Part shown: in pieces, positions 61,859-64,000 of the stretch | How the letters are laid out: each line of letters starts with the position of its first letter | Position numbering within the stretch: the stretch's first letter is position 1 | Source of the DNA: Tubiluchus corallicola | Lineage: Eukaryota; Animalia; Priapulida | DNA: 64,000 bases | Direction: 5' to 3' | Assembly (NCBI GenBank): GCA_030141605.1 | Contig: JAQGDQ010000031.1 | Coordinates: 930,001 to 994,000, forward strand | Program-made: the position numbers and the translations under genes | The notes under the pieces: model-generated | Told to the model about the DNA's origin: nothing | Seen by the model: only the letters and a program-made list of their open reading frames with translations | Databases searched by the model: none

Positions 61859-63813
61859 CTAATTTTTACGTTGGTCATTTTCGTCTTCTTCTTCTCCCAG
61901 TAGCCAGTAGGTTGTGACATCACCCTTTCCCTAGAAAAAACAACGGATAAATTAGTACGCAACCAATTATAATGGTAACTATGAGTTTGGTACTATTAAA
62001 CTATATTAAACATTGGAAGTGGAACACTGTTCTTGCCATGATTGAAGATTGTTTTTTCAGACAGATCTCACGAATATATTCTTTTCAGTTCAGACACACA
62101 AAATAAAACAAATGGGTCTGTATGATTAATGACTTTTTCTAGATATTCCGATATGAGCAAGATCATCTCTGGTGTTTCCTTTTGTGGAATTCATCCGTTT
62201 TTTTGCACAACGTGCGTGATATCATTGAGTGAGGTTCGCCGTGAGTTTGTAGTAATTGCAGGAATTTGTATTAATTTAGGACTATTTTTTCAAAAATCCG
62301 CAACAATTTTAATGTTTCGGTGCTGACGTGTGTTGGCCTTATTGGAAACAAATTTGTTTCCAAACTGTCAATTTTTACCGCCTTTCCTGAACAGCCAGCT
62401 ACCATTTGTAATGCCACGCATGCGCAGATAAGGTTTGCCAGCCAGCATATGGAGCAATAGGCCAACCTCAGAAGTGTGTGGCTCAAGGGCTGTGCTTGCC
62501 TAATAAACGAATGTAGTTTTGTATCGTACAAGTATTAGAACACGGGTCTATTTACTCGAGCCTTGCAAGCTCTCTTTCCGCGCATGCGTGGCTTTACCTT
62601 CAGTGTTACAGTTCCTCTCAATTCCAGTTTGAATGTACCAAAAGATCTTAATAGCAATTCACTGGCTGCACTAACATGGATCTTTAGAGCTGCAAGAGGA
62701 TAATAAATACGAACTTTAGTTTGGTTGCAAACAATGAATCTGGAATGTTGGGTAATGCAATTAAAGAAAATGTGAATAAATCAATGTGTTTTTACTTACA
62801 CTTTAAAGTATAAAAATGACGTTAGTGTTACAAAAAAATTAAAAATGGCATGTACAATAAAACACAATATGTAAACAAAAATTCAAATTCAACAAGTAAC
62901 ATGAATCAATGAATTTTGCAACTGCCTAATTCTCCTGTAATCCTCTTAAATTTTTATTCTTGTCTAGGCCTTCGCCTTGTATAGATAATTAAAGATGAGG
63001 ATATTTTTTATATTTTATTTTATTTCAGACATTTAAAAACGTACACAGGCACAAGTAAAAACGCACAGAGTTAGTTTACAGAAAATATAGTAAGCTTATA
63101 TACAAGAAAATGTTAGTTGGAATGGGTATCATGTTTTAGTAATTTCTATTAACTGGTTCTCCTTTTCTTGACCATGGCAGTCAAGGCCTATTATTGCTCA
63201 TACGTTTTTTATGTTCTTTCTGAGTTTTTTACTTTTTCTTTATCGTACTATATTATACGTAATATAGTATCATATTATATCGTAATATAATATAATATAA
63301 TATAATATAATATAATATAATATAATATAATATAATATAATATAATATAATATAATATAATATAATATAATATAATATTATATTATATTATATTATATTA
63401 TATTATATTATATTATATTATATTATATTATATTATAATATAATATAATATAATATAATATAATATAATATAATATAATATAATATAATATAATATAATA
63501 TAATATAATATAATATAATATAATATAATATAATATAATATAATATAATATAATATAATATAATATAATATAATATAATATATATATATATAAGATTCTT
63601 TGCCACGACTTAAGGATGTTCGATCTAGAAATTGTATCAGTATTTTAGAGCAAGTTATTGATAACAGTATTCTGGATTTAAAACAGCCTACTTTTGAGAA
63701 TGTTGGGTGTTTACCTTCTCCATTTGATTCCATGCGAGAAGCTGTGTTCACCGTATCACCGAATAAGCAGTATCGAGGCATCTTCAGCCCAACCACACCC
63801 GCTACGCAAGACC
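61859..63813 (-). CDS. Receptor-type (natriuretic-peptide-receptor-like) guanylate cyclase, 3' end; exons 63813-63715, 62689-62598, 61930-61859; gene continues beyond the window
   Basis: [33 protein letters not shown] / ALKIHVS...[12 protein letters not shown] / [13 protein letters not shown]...*; [10 protein letters not shown] is the GTP-specific class III cyclase motif. Confidence 0.9.
63283..63592. repeat. (TATAA)n pentanucleotide microsatellite with an internal inverted block
   Basis: TATAA units switch to TTATA at about 63377-63435 and back again. Confidence 0.9.
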
Positions 63814-64000
63814 CTGCAAAAGTACATAAAAACTGTAAATTTCTCCATTACATTTTTCTACGATGCAATTTTTACAAGTAACTAAATGCTGTTACCAAGC
63901 AGCAGTGCTCTATGGCTTAGTTTCAAATAGATTAATTGACAAAATTCAGTTTTTTCATTTAGTCTTTCTTATCACGCATAAAATATTTAGTTGATTTAAT

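Noticed and set aside
63428-63714. YYIIL repeat extension of the cyclase ORF
   Set aside because: Read-through past the G|gtaaac donor into the intronic TATAA microsatellite.

Overview
AT-rich, intron-rich animal (most likely invertebrate) genomic DNA; there are no prokaryotic features, CRISPR arrays or rRNA. Five protein-coding genes can be reconstructed by hand from splice sites and reading-frame phase. (1) LRP4 orthologue (+): 35 coding exons at 9473-44755, about 1840 aa; its signal-peptide exon was not located. (2) UQCR10, cytochrome bc1 subunit 9 (-): 2 exons. (3) SNRNP48, U11/U12 48K (+): intronless CDS, head-to-head with UQCR10. (4) A GPI-anchored folate-receptor-family gene (-): 5 coding exons. 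(5) The last three exons of a receptor-type guanylate cyclase (-). Non-coding DNA carries many small non-autonomous DNA transposons (hAT-like, Tc1/mariner-like, a TGT...ACA Ginger-like element, an element with telomere-type repeats), tRNA-derived SINE fragments, a 47-unit 18-bp minisatellite, a perfect 286-bp tandem duplication and microsatellites. I found no clearly new multi-gene system; the findings are leads of modest strength.
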